DNA of 64,000 nt, taken from the NCBI GenBank assembly GCA_950097015.1, contig CATNEN010000029.1, positions 1,240,001-1,304,000 of the forward strand, read 5' to 3'. This stretch comes from Macrostomum hystrix (taxonomy: Eukaryota; Animalia; Platyhelminthes). Shown in pieces: positions 13,640 through 25,712 of this stretch. Positions within the stretch are counted from its first letter, which is position 1. Each line of letters starts with the position of its first letter. Under the pieces are notes generated by a model. The model was not told the origin of the DNA and did not search any database. It saw only the letters and a program-made list of their open reading frames with translations. Position numbers and translations under genes: made by a program.

Positions 13640-14148
13640 CAGCAACATCACCTCATCAATTCTATGTGACAGCAGCATCATATTATCAATTCTATAAGTT
13701 AGCAACATCATATTATCAATTCTATAAGTCAGCAGCATCATATTATCAATTCTATGTGACAGCAGCATCATATTATCAATTCTATGTGTCAGCAGCATCA
13801 TATTATCAATTCTATGTGACAGCAGCATCATATTATCAATTCTATGTGTCAGCAGCATCATATTATCAATTCTATGTGACAGCAGCATCATATTATCAAT
13901 TCTATGTGTCAGCATCATCATATTATCAATTCTATAAGTCAGCAGCATCATATTATTAATTCTATGTGACAGCAGCATCATATTATCAATTCTGTAAGTC
14001 AGCAGCATCATATTATCAATTCTATAAGTCAGCAGCATGATATTATCAATTCTATGTGACAGCAGCATCATATTATCAATTCTATAAGTCAGCAGCATCA
14101 TATTATCAATTCTGAGTCAGCAGCATCATATTATCAATTCTATGTGAC
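13640..14148. repeat. 30-bp minisatellite, ~17 copies
   Basis: Unit agcagcatcatattatcaattctatgtgac; abuts the inverted end at 14144. Confidence 0.95.
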
Positions 14149-15520
14149 GTCTTGGCAAGTGCAAAAGATTGAAACGCGCACTGTTCACTTTCACGCCACG
14201 ATGAGGCGCGTCACGTTCGTGAAAGAAAAATTTATCTGACAAATGCAGAGGGAAAATGTCAAAGCAATGAATGCCCATTGACAATCCCAGCATTAGTTTT
14301 ATGCAGAGGGAAAAATGTCAAAGCAATGAATGCACAGTGACAATCCCAGCATTAGTTTTATGCAGAGGGAAAAATGTCAAAGCAATGAATGCACAGTGAC
14401 AATCCCAGCATTAGTTTTATGCAGAGGGAAAAATGTCAAAGCAATGAATGCACAGTGACAATCCCAGCATTAGTTTTATGCAGAGGAAAAATGTCAAAGC
14501 AATGAATGCCCATTGACAATCCCAGCATTAGTTTTATGCAGAGGAAAAATGTCAAAGCAATGAATGCACATTGACAATCCCAGCATTAGTTTTATGCAGA
14601 GGAAAAATGTCAAAGCAATGAATGCACATTGACAATCCCAGCATTAGTTTTTTGCAGAGGGAAAAATGTCAAAGCAATGAATGCCCATTGACAATCCCAG
14701 CATTAGTTTTATGCAGAGGGAAAAATGTCAAAGCAATGAATGCACAGTGACAATCCCAGCATTAGTTTTATGCAGAGGGAAAAATGTCAAAGCAATGAAT
14801 GCACAGTGACAATCCCAGCATTAGTTTTTTGCAGAGGGAAAAATGTCAAAGCAATGAATGCACAGTGACAATCCCAGCATTAGTTTTATGCAGAGGGAAA
14901 AATGTCCAAGCAATGAATGCACAGTGACAATCCCAGCATTAGTTTTATGCAGAGGAAAAATGTCAAAGCAATGAATGCACAGTGACAATCCCAGCATTAG
15001 TTTTATGCAGAGGAAAAATGTCAAAGCAATGAATGCCCATTGACAATCCCAGCATTAGTTTTTTGCAGAGGGAAAAATGTCAAAGCAATGAATGCACAGT
15101 GACAATCCCAGCATTAGTTTTATGCAGAGGAAAAATGTCAAAGCAATGAATGCACAGTGACAATCCCAGCATTAGTTTTATGCAGAGGAAAAATGTCAAA
15201 GCAATAAATGCACAGTGACAATCCCAGCATTAGTTTTATGCAGAGGAAAAATGTCAAAGCAATAAATGCACAGTGACAATCCCAGCATTAGTTTTATGCA
15301 GAGGGAAAAATGTCAAAGCAATGAATGCACATTGACAATCCCAGCATTAGTTTTATGCAGAGGAAAAATGTCAAAGCAATGAATGCACAGTGACAATCCC
15401 AGCATTAGTTTTATGCAGAGGAAAAATGTCAAAGCAATAAATGCACAGTGACAATCCCAGCATTAGTTTTATGCAGAGGAAAAATGTCAAAGCAATAAAT
15501 GCACATTGACAATCCCAGCA
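14144..15520 (-). mobile_element. Putative transposon end 2: reverse complement of end 1 (~100-bp unique segment plus ~21 copies of the 58/59-bp unit)
   Basis: gtgacgtcttggcaagtgcaaaagattgaaacgcgcactg...tttatctgacaaatgcagaggg is the near-exact reverse complement of 4072-4174, followed by the same repeat unit inverted. Confidence 0.8.
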
Positions 15521-15694
15521 ATATTTGACAGAATATAGACTCTAGTCCCTGTAAAGATAGCAGCTCTCTGCACAGTGACTATTTTCGGCTGAAAACATTG
15601 AAAACCATAGCATATTGCATCTTAAATATTATACTATCTAATATTAAGCTATTGGCGTCGTGTGGGCCTCTAATAATTGTTTCATATTAAAATT

Positions 15695-16947
15695 TCATTC
15701 CGTTTGTCTAGTATCTAGTCTAAGCGTAATGTTGGGTGCAGAGCTCGCCCCATATAAAGATGACTGAGCAAGTCTATTTGCGTCATCTACAAATGGAGTA
15801 TTGAAAGGATTAAAATTTGTTGAACTTTCACTTTCGTGAAAGTGTTGCCGATATTTCGCGGTTACAGAAGTCAGTGCCGTATCTCCTTCACTCTCCAAGT
15901 CACTTGTGGTGATATTATGGTAGTCATCGACTTGTAGCCCTTCTTCCATCACTTGAGCCTGTTGTTGATGCAGATGAGAGGCACTTATTGGTGTATCATG
16001 ATCAGGTGATACATCAATGGAAACTGAATTACAAAATGTCAGTTCTGTATTTTCGAGTTCCTTTAAAATGGCTACACATTTTTCTCTGGATAAGTGATGG
16101 GGGTCCTTCAATTCTGGAATGAATTTGCAACTTTTTCCGACAAGGCTCCATGGAATCTTGCCGTCGAAACCTGTCGCTGTTTTATGTGCAATTTTAGCCC
16201 TTAAAAAAATTTATTGTCGCATTTTTTTCACATCGCTATAAACAGAAGCTAGGTTTCGTGGCTGACTAGTTTCAGCAAGCTGAACATCACTGCGCTCATT
16301 TGCCATATTTTGTTGTTCTGCTTTTTTCGCGTCATCCATTAGTTCTGCTATTTTATTTATATGGGGCTCCATAGCGCTTCTAACATTAGGCGATATGTCA
16401 TTGGACATGGTAAAATCGGTTCCACGTCGGGTTAATATAATAAGTACGTATGTCTCACCTGTACGTTTTAAATCATTTACCACTTTTCTTATTTTCTTCT
16501 GCTGATTTTTAGCTTCTTCTTGAAGACGTCGCTTTTCTTCGATTGGCAGACTCATATACTCGCGACGCAGTTCGGCGGTCCACACTAGAATTAAAGGAAG
16601 ATTTGAATTTTTAAATTTTACCAAAACATAGTGACTAATTATTATATTTATTTATTTCTAGCTTTTATGTAAATTAATAGATGCACCCCACAGAGAATAT
16701 AACATATGATGTAGCCTAGAAAATACAACAATATTCAAGACTTTTAGAAAAAAACAATGTTATGCTGCATAAATGGACTAAAATGTTTTGTATTAAAAAT
16801 AATGCTGCCTACTCATACATTACTATTTCTTGAGTTCTAGTCTTACTATATATCCCTGTAGTATATTTTTAAGTAATACTGACCATAAGAAAACTTACCT
16901 GCCTTTCCTTTGTTTTGCAAAAACACATTGGCACCAGTTAGAACCAT
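15695..16947 (-). pseudogene. HMG-box-like accessory gene adjacent to end 2, with a single in-frame stop
   Basis: Exon 16947-16899 (MVLTGANVFLQNKGKA, phase 1) joins exon 16584-15695 (VWTAELRREYMSLPIEEKRRLQEEA...). ORFs 16211-16624 and 15695-16111 are in the same frame, separated only by TAA at 16211-16213 (MRQ*IFLRAKIAHKTATGFDGKIPWSLV). The HMG resemblance is by eye. Confidence 0.55.
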
Positions 16948-17637
16948 CTGTGTGTAAGAAAAAAATTAGAATTACAAAATAAAACCATTTTATTGCACTA
17001 TTTCTTATGCACTTTAATTTAAGACTCAAACTGAAATACGAAGCTTTAGTGCCTACTTTATGCTTTAAAATTTGAGTTAATTTAAATTTAAATTTCCTTT
17101 GTTTCTTTTTTTGGTTTGATAATCTCAATTTCTTATAATATAATCAGTACTGACCATAATAATCTTATTTCATCTTGTAACTCTTGTATTATGTATGCCT
17201 GTACCATAATAATATAAAAATATTATAGGGGTAGGGCCTAGTGAGAATATTATGTCACAAAAGGGTTGCTGTTCTATAAAAAGGTGTACAAGCGCATGGC
17301 ATAAATTTACTTTTGTTTGCAAAATTATTTTTATGAATAAATTTAAAATTGCGCTAAATGAAACAAAAAGTGCAGTGCAGAAACAATTCAGTTTATAGTA
17401 TTCGTAACAATTCAGTTCAATTCAGTTCAGTTCAGTTTAGTTTAGTTTACTTGGCTGTTATATAGCCACAGGGTATATAGTGACAAATCTAGTAAAAAAT
17501 GCTACAGAATGCTTGGAAGTTGGAAGCTTGGAAATATTGCCTGATTGAAGTCACTAATAAAGGTTAGAAATGTAGCTGCGATTCTTTCTGCTCTTTGGAT
17601 GCTGCCGAGCTGGTTATGGCCAAAGACAATTATGAAA

Positions 17638-18120
17638 GGCAGTGCTTATCCCCACGGTACCGTAGAAATAATTTTTGTCTTATTCCTACAGTACAGTGGG
17701 AATAATTTCCTGCTTATCTGCACGGCACACTGACGAGATAGCTGTCCTATCTTCAACATAGCTCCAGAGATGCGTAAAGTAATAGACTGGATTATAGGCT
17801 TAGAAGGCTTGAGCTATAAGATTAGAAAAATACACACTTCAGTTGTATTCTTTTAAATATATAAATAATAGCAATATATATTTTATATACTTAAAAAGCC
17901 ACCGTATTAGTTAACTAATTGCGAAAAAAGCAGAAAACTTTTATTTGTTTACTTGCTTTTAAAAACCGGAAGAAAAAAAATTGCAGTCACGATAAAAAGA
18001 TAGATGATTAGGACAGCTATCTTATCAGTGTGCCGTGCGGATAAGCAGGAAATTATTCCCACGGTACCGTAGGAAAAAGACAAAAATTATTTCTACAGTA
18101 CCATGGGGATAAGCACTGCC
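17638..18120. mobile_element. 483-bp MITE with ~112-bp TIRs and 9-bp TSD (Mutator-like)
   Basis: Left arm 17638-17749 (GGCAGTGCTTATCCCC...) and right arm 18009-18120 (...GGGGATAAGCACTGCC) are inverted. ATTATGAAA flanks both sides (17629-17637, 18121-18129). Confidence 0.85.
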
Positions 18121-20491
18121 ATTATGAAAAATTCCACACCACATTATTTATACCAGGTATATTAATTATTATTGTTGCAAGGCAGGTAGTAACGTTGTAC
18201 AATTTTGGGAGGAGCAAAAAATTGTTTTGACATGCACTCTACCACTTTTCTGACTATGGCATGGTAGGGGGTTAAAGCTATAACAAATCTGATTAAAAAT
18301 GAAATCAGCACATCAAAAAGCCTTAGTAGCCACAGATTTATCCTCCTATCAAAACAAGAACTATTTTATATAGACCTAAAGTTCAAGAGACCCTCGCCTC
18401 CCCGCTGGGTCCATGGACCACCCTGCAGCTAAGTCTAGTAAGTCAAAGTTCAAGAAGCCCAAAAAGCAAGCAAAGTTAAAATGTATTAAAAACTTGAAGT
18501 CTATACTTTATAGCAATTATCATTTTGGTTTAAAAAATTTAGCTAGTCAGCCAGACCACTGACTGATAATTTGGATATAAGTTGCATTAGTAACACTCTT
18601 AGTAGTTTAGTCTTAGGTTTTAACTAACATCTATTATTAACTTTACATGTAACATTTTCATTGTGTCAGTTAATAAATGTTGAAAATCAAAACAATTGGA
18701 TTGGGATTTCGATTTGCTGGCATAAGTAGTACTAGTAACTAAATTTAAAACGAAAAAACATTGCTTACCTTTGTTATAAAAAAATTAATAGAAAATTTCA
18801 ATACTTAAATTGACAAAGTAACTTTAAAAAATACCTTCTCTAGACACAGTAAAGTACAATCTGTTATGGATGTAATGATATCCTAAGTGTAAAATGCCAA
18901 CTAAACTAGTTTGGTGGCGCAGCGCATTAGGGCGCGTTTTTTATTTAAACAATTCTAAACTATTAAATAAAAACTTAAATAAAAAATTATACTACAACGT
19001 AACTAAGAAAATCTTTTTTTGAGAAGTACTAATACACTTTTTTAATGCGCATACTTAGTTCTGTATAATTATTTGTTATACCATACGCACGTAAAGTTAT
19101 GAAATTGACGTAAAATCCGGACTATTCAGACTCGTTTTTGACATGTAAAAAGAGTATTTATAAAAATACAATTCTTTCTTTCCATGTAACACTAAAAAAG
19201 TGACGAATTCTATAGACAAATGAATACAATTATATTGAGAATGATTGCAGAAGGACTGCGGGCAATGGCACATCATTTAGTGACACTAGACCCACAGCGA
19301 GCTATTTTTTGCTAATACCTTATTCGGATCATTGTCATAAATAATTACGAGTACATAATCAGTCTTACTTGTTTCTGTTTCGTTTCTTTTAAGGCACTGT
19401 AGAGTTATACCGCTATACTTTCTGGAATTTTAGAACTGATTCTGGTTCTGGAATTCTGGGTAGAATGAAAAGCCTATTTTACGGGTTGGAGAGCTGGGTA
19501 AAACAGCTTTAATTTAATTTTTCAATTAACTGCCGTCAAAAATAAAGCCAATATAATCTAGCAACCAAGTTATATAAATATGAGTAATTTAAAATTAAAA
19601 TAAATATGATTTGATTTTGTTTTTGTCTTATAACTAGTATAAATATGTCTTTCTATGCATGTATAACTCAACCTGTGTGGCGTGTTGATAGAGAGAGCGC
19701 TCTGTTTGAGTGTTACGAGGGGGGTTCGAATTTTTTCCGTATTATTTTTACTAATTAATTTTTTTGATCCGATATTTTATTGTGATGCTAAATATTTACT
19801 AATTATTTCGTTTTATAGCCATTTTATACAGTGGATGTGTTGTAATTTTAGTTCTGGCTTCTGATAAGCCATTAAGCCCTCGCTGTTAAGGTGGAAGTAT
19901 CATTTGTTTGAGACGGGGTGATCACTTCTTGGTTCTTACTTAGCACGATAGAAAAGCGTCATATATCTATTACACGTAAAATCCACTTAATCAGTAAGTC
20001 CCATCTAAACTCATTCAGCTTTAGTTGTATTGTATTAATTAGTATGAACTGTGGTTTGCTTGCCTATATGTTTGGAAATAAATGATTATCAGTGCAAAGG
20101 AAAAATATTTAGATAGCCAGTTACATACTTCATATTTCATACTTTCTACTTGCAGTAGACGAGTAGCATGATCCATGTAAAATTTATCGGAAGTCTACCC
20201 CCTACCCCCTACCCCCCCGTGGGTCCACATGGATTCACCCGGCTAGCCGAGTATTTTTTGACTAGTGGAAGTGTCGGCTAGCCGGCGGCCGCGAGCTGCT
20301 GCAAAGATATGAGAGGATAGAGGGACGAGGGAAGCGACGAAGGCCCAGTCGGCCCGGTTTCGTACGCCTGCAGACCCCACTCACAAAAGCCTTCACTTCC
20401 AGTTTGATATCTAGAATTCTATGCCGGGGCTTAAGAGGGTGGAAAGGAAAAGAGAGAAAGGAGAGAATAAAACGTAAATAGCTACAATCGC

Positions 20492-21129
20492 TTGACCATG
20501 GAGAACCGGACGTCATATCCGATTAACTGGGGCAATCTGCCTGTCGAAAGTTTAGCCAACGTATCTAGTAGCGAACTCAATTGGATCTCAAGACTTTCCA
20601 CATCTCAGAAGGACATGAAGGATAACGAAGACTTCTTGAACTTCTTGCACTTTATTGAGAGCGGTGATACTGATACCGATCAATCTGATGATTTGCCTCT
20701 GCTACCGGCCGAGGATGATGCTGCAGCTGAAGAGGATGGAGAGAATGAAACTGAGCCGAAACTAGTTCCTTTGGATATGCAAGAGGCAAAGACGAAAGAT
20801 GAAATAGTGAGCCTACCAACCAAGACGCGTGAGCAGATGATTGCTCATGGTAACAGTTTTGTGCAGTTCCTTCGGGAACATGGAGCTGCTGTTCACGAAT
20901 TGAGTCGTGTTGAGATGTGTGAGTTTCTTAGGTATTACTACTACCAATTACGTCGCCATGATGGCGGTCCATACTCGCCTGCATCCACGGTCAAGTAACA
21001 ATGCCTGCTGACATCAGCATCCAGAGCTCCATCGTGCAAGAAGCAGTGAGCGTGTCTGATGGTCGTCAGATGAACGGTCGGAGTATCTTTATTATGAACA
21101 ACTGCACTTTCAACAATTGCAATCTGTAA
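20492..21129 (+). mobile_element. Internally deleted Crypton-like (DUF3504-type tyrosine recombinase) element
   Basis: ORF 20492-20998 ends MCEFLRYYYYQLRRHDGGPYSPAS, resembling the Crypton/ZMYM-type N-terminal region. It joins out of frame to 21001-21129 (…IFIMNNCTFNNCNL*), the typical C-terminal tail. No catalytic core lies between them. Confidence 0.6.
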
Positions 21130-21561
21130 TGGTCTTGGGCACTATATTGACAATTGCGCCATATTGATACTGCACTATTAACTTTCCATAGCGCTCTTTT
21201 GTTGTTGGTGTTTGCTGTTTTGTTCTAAAAATAGGCATCCATTATCCCGAGTTCGAAATCATTATCCTGAAGTTTAAGTGAAGAAATAAATGGAATGTGC
21301 TCATGCTTTAACCATAGACGATTACATTATCCTAAAGACAGATTTTTGACAATGCAAAAGTGAAGTTTCATTTATTTAAATTTGTCATTGGAGCAGTAGG
21401 ATAACAGAAAATGAAAAGTACCGGTATTGAGCATAAAAATAGACATGCGGAAGATTCTTCGCAATGAGAGTCGATTATAAAGAAAGACATGCACAATGCT
21501 CGTACACAATATAAAAGATGCTATATATGCAATGACACACTGCAAATAGATAAATCAGAGT

Positions 21562-23437
21562 TTACAGAGAGGAATCTTTTCTTGACTCGCAGTCGATTTC
21601 AACGCTGATTTCGACCTGATTTCGCTTCCAGCAGCAACAGCTGAACACGCAGGACATCAGGCGGTCATAGGGCTCCAGAGACCGCAGCGGTTTTGGCAGG
21701 AAGTCCCAGGTGCGCATGAAGGCTGGCAGCCAGTGCGGCTTCTTCGACTGCAGCAGGCTGACGACGCCAGCCGTCAGCATGGGAGCGACGAGCAGCCCGA
21801 AGGCGACGTAGACAGCCACAGTGTGCACCAGCGATAGGCCGAAGAACATCAGAGGAATCAGGAGGAAGGTGAACAGGATGTAGATGATTGCGAACCAGCG
21901 GTATGCGGCTGTGGCGGCGCCAAGTTTCTTTGCCAGTGCGATCGGAATGCTCTTCATGAATGGTACAGGTAGCCAAATAAGTACACCGATAACGTTGAAG
22001 AACAGGTGGGTGAGCGCTGTCTGTAAGCTTCTAGCCTCGGCCGATGCAAGAGCAGCGAGGAGGCCGGTGGTGGTTGTGCCGATGTTGGAGCCCAGTGTGA
22101 TTGGGTACATTATCTCCACGGTGATGACTCCGGTGCCAACGAGAGGCGTCAGCGTTGACGTCAGCACTGAGGAGGACTGGACGAGAATGGTAAGACAGGC
22201 GCCGACCAGCAGGGCGATGTAGTCCATGGCGAAGCTCAGACAGCGGTTCTGCGTCCGTGTCACTCGCTCGATGGCCGTCTTGACCTTCGCCTCCAGCAGG
22301 GAGCGGAGAATCCGCACGAGGCCGACCAGACAGCCGATGAGGGCGGCCAATGACATGGCCAGCAGGATGCCTCCGATGGCAGCGTCCGCCCAGTGGCCGG
22401 CCACGTCCATGAACATGAAGGCGCCTGGAAGACGAATTGGATTCTCGTTGTAAGATTTGGCGATAAAATCTGAGTAAAATGGTCATTGGTCTGACTATTT
22501 TGTCTTGCTTTAAAAATGCTTTGAAGCTCACATTTTTCATCGCAGGTGCCGTTCTTGCCACTCTTGCAGCAGACTTTCAACAGAGTGCTGCTGTTGCGCA
22601 GAAGCTCCGGGTCCCTTAACAGTTTACTATCTAGGCGGACAACCAGGTCAGTGAGAGGCGAAATGATAACTTTGAGAAAGTCTGGTGGGTTAGACACACT
22701 GGAAGTGCTGTTTGAGTTGCTGCTCACGATGAGTCCTGTCAGGTGGTAGAGAGCTCCGCTGGCCATCTCCACGGGTAGCAGGACCAGCACGGTCAACCAG
22801 TTGAACATGTCGTGCACAGTGGCGCCGGCGAAGGCTCGTTCCATCTCCTTCCTATCGCCGATCTGGCCGAGGGAGACGATGGTGTTGGTGACGGTGGTGC
22901 CGATGTTGGCGCCCATGATCATGTAGACCGATGAGCGCAGCTCGATGATCTCAGCGCCGACCATTGTGATGATGAGCGACGTCGATGTGGACGAGCTCTG
23001 CACAAGGACCGTCAGGAGAACTCCCATCATCAGGCAGGCGACTGGATTGGCGAACACGACATTGTTGGCTAGCAGGTCGCCAATCTGACGACCTCCAAGG
23101 AGGCGAAATGCCGCGCTCATGAGGTCCAGGGAGCAGATGAAGAAGTACAGGCAGATCAGCAGAGCCACAAATCGCAAGATGATCAGCAGGATGCGAACAG
23201 CTGGCGATGTCCTCCTCTGCGTTGGCGGCATCAGCGACGGTTCGGGCAGCTTCTGCTTCTCCGGATCATCGTTGGTCGCGTCGTTGACGTCAATGGGCTT
23301 GTGGATGGAGTCGAGGCTGCAAAGTGGAGTTAAGAATTTGCATTTGGTGTCAGCCAATCAAATAGCTTTCAGTTAAAGACAAGGGATGAAACTGTACTCG
23401 TCAATTATTTTGCTCACCTGTTGGTCGTGTCTGACAT
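21562..23437 (-). CDS. SLC34A: Sodium-dependent phosphate cotransporter, SLC34/NaPi-II family, ~555 aa
   Basis: Exons 23437-23418, 23316-22532, 22424-21562 (1668 nt, phases consistent). Two QSSS repeats (VLVQSSSTSTS, ILVQSSSVLTS), GANIGTT and GSNIGTT, C-terminal Cys cluster and PDZ-type DSSL end. Confidence 0.95.
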
Positions 23438-24084
23438 GGCTAGCTGCTTGTTGGCAAATATTTATTTGACAGTCTGCTTCTTAAAGCTCGGTTGATGAGG
23501 GAGGGCAGGCACTTTCCGATGCTGTATATATGCCATCACCAGGTGAAGTGTCTCTTATCTTGCCCAGCAGTGAATGCAATCGAGAGTCCACTTCTCTGTG
23601 TATTCCAATTCCTCCTGTACTGATTCACACAAACTGAAAGTCACGCCGGGCGCACGTGTGCAGCAAGAGACAAGTCTTGAGTCACTTGTGTCACCTGTGT
23701 TGCTACCCAGTGAAAACGCTTTGACAGATTTTCACTGTTGGCACAGCTCGCCAAATATGATATAAAACCTGACTTGACAACACGTTTTGTTTGAACCGAA
23801 ATTTAAATGACTCAAAGCTAAAAAATCTTATCTTATTTATCTAATTATTATATCCTCTATTTTTTTAAACTGTCCGAAGAATGTTTCAAAACAGAAAGAA
23901 TGTTTTCAAATAATAATAGTGAGCTCTGTTTTTAAGTTTTTGAACAAAATATGATTCTTAAAGTTCGATTGAGTCGATTGCTTGTCTCGGTAAATTTTTA
24001 GGAATGTTACCTGTAGAGAGTTTTTTAATTGAAATGGACGGGTAGATAGAAATGCAAGAATAGGCACAGCAGCAAAGGCGCTTC

Positions 24085-24345
24085 CAAAGGCTGTACACAG
24101 CTTTTCAGTCCATGGACTGGGGAGGGGATAAATGATGCCTTTGTGTTGGGTTGAGAATCGAACTCTCGACCTCAGGAGCTCTTGACCTTGCACTGGCCTA
24201 CAAGCAATTTTTCTTAAATTGAACTAACAGACAAGAAAATAATCAAGTTTGAGAGGCCAATGAAAATTGATTTTCAAGAAATTGTGGGCAGTTGTAGCGT
24301 CCCCCCAGTCCATGGACTGAACAGTCGTACGCAGTCTTCAGATGC
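24085..24345. mobile_element. Small MITE-like element with inverted ends containing the palindrome CAGTCCATGGACTG; a further end at ~45922-45965
   Basis: ~24088-24124 and ~24300-24345 are imperfect inverted repeats; 45922-45965 is close to the reverse complement of the right arm. No TSD identified. Confidence 0.45.
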
Positions 24346-25060
24346 CGTGCAGTACGTCCGACCCAATTGCGTTATTATTAATATTCGTTAATATATTTCT
24401 TATTATGACAACAATTATTATTACTATTATTTAACTTTCTACAACTTTAAGGTTCTAATACTTTATGCGTGTTCAGTGTGTCAGTCAGCGTATAAAAGTT
24501 ATTTAAATGTTCACTTTAGGGTGATCAAAATCGGCTAATTATTTATCTCCTCAACATAATGACAAAACTAAAAAAAAGTTCGGTCACATTGGGTAAGCTG
24601 AACTGCATAATTAATTATGCTGCCCTCAAGTGAAGCTACGAGTTAATTAGGCGTACTGTATGAGCGATAAGAAAACTTTGGTTCGCTATGATCTACGCTA
24701 AAATTTACCTAATACCGCATTTTTGTTACACAAGGTTCGATGAAATTCCACCCGCTTTCACTGGTGTCGCCTAGAAATCATTATTTTATTGCTCCACAGT
24801 CAGTGCAACTAAAAAATTGTCTTTAGGCCTTAGCCTTGTAAAAGTTCAAACCGATCATTCAAAAGGTGCGTGCTAAAAATTGTTACTTTCCATACACATT
24901 TGCGCTTTGATAGTGGTCGAATACCCTCGCCCATTGTTTGACCTTCATTCGCCAAGGCTGGGCAGTGGTTCGAATCCTATATTTTTGTGTAATATTTAAA
25001 CAGTTCGATGCTGAATTAGCCATCGAAAAGAACTTTCTCGAGTAGCATTGTATGACTGTA

Positions 25061-25200
25061 CCTTGTGGTTATATCAAAGGACTCACGACTTGAACGTCGG
25101 GGGTTCGATTCCTGACTCCCTTGGAACAATTTGTGTCATTAAGCAAGACACTTTACTCTGCATTGTTTCAATTCACCCAGCCTTTAAATAAGCACCAACA
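25061..25200 (+). mobile_element. tRNA-derived CORE-like SINE family B (second copy 45985-46136, minus strand)
   Basis: B box GGTTCGATTCC followed by gtgtc...agcaagacactt...ttcacccagc...aaat, resembling the MIR CORE domain; a better-preserved copy is at 45985-46136. Confidence 0.7.
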
Positions 25201-25340
25201 AAATAAAATTAAGTAATGTTTTACACCTTTTATTCATATCGAATTTTATAAAGCACTGGTTTGTTAAAAGAAATTTTTCTGAGACAATGATATATACAAA
25301 ATATCATAAATATCAAATATCAAAATATTTGCGTACTACA

Positions 25341-25667
25341 CTACTGACTAGGAGCGGTAGTAGTAAGCACCGATTGTGATGCGTTTATTTTGGCAGCGTA
25401 CGAGTATCTATTGATCCTTCGCGATTTGGCCATAGACAGGGCGAATAGTACCATAAGTACGAGAGCTACCACCAGACTGATCGATAGCCACAGCCGGTGG
25501 CGGCACAGCATGACCGCCAGTCGCTTCAGTCTCGACTTCGTGTAGTCGCATGCGCGACCTTCGCCTGAGTCCAGCCGTCGCACTTCGCCGTCAGAGGCTC
25601 GCGTGTGTCGCTGCCAGGATACTCTCTTCTTCTGAGGCTGATCCTGCTTTTGGTATTGCTGTTGTTG

Positions 25668-25712
<45 letters not shown>

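Noticed and set aside
13576-14101. ORFs in the 30-bp array (and similar ORFs at 26628-27214, 31327-31721, 31957-32415, 33383-33852, 39381-39939, 42570-45151, 51519-51776, 53204-55005, 59144-59455, 60070-60454, 61451-62174)
   Set aside because: Translations of tandem repeats lacking stops in some frames; no independent coding signal.
21665-23376. Alternative-frame and antisense ORFs over SLC34A (likewise over fascin, LRSAM1, the LINE and the kinase)
   Set aside because: Shadow ORFs of GC-rich coding exons.
24950-24990. tRNA-like GGTTCGAATCC (also ~19725)
   Set aside because: Isolated B-box; no cloverleaf or acceptor stem could be built.
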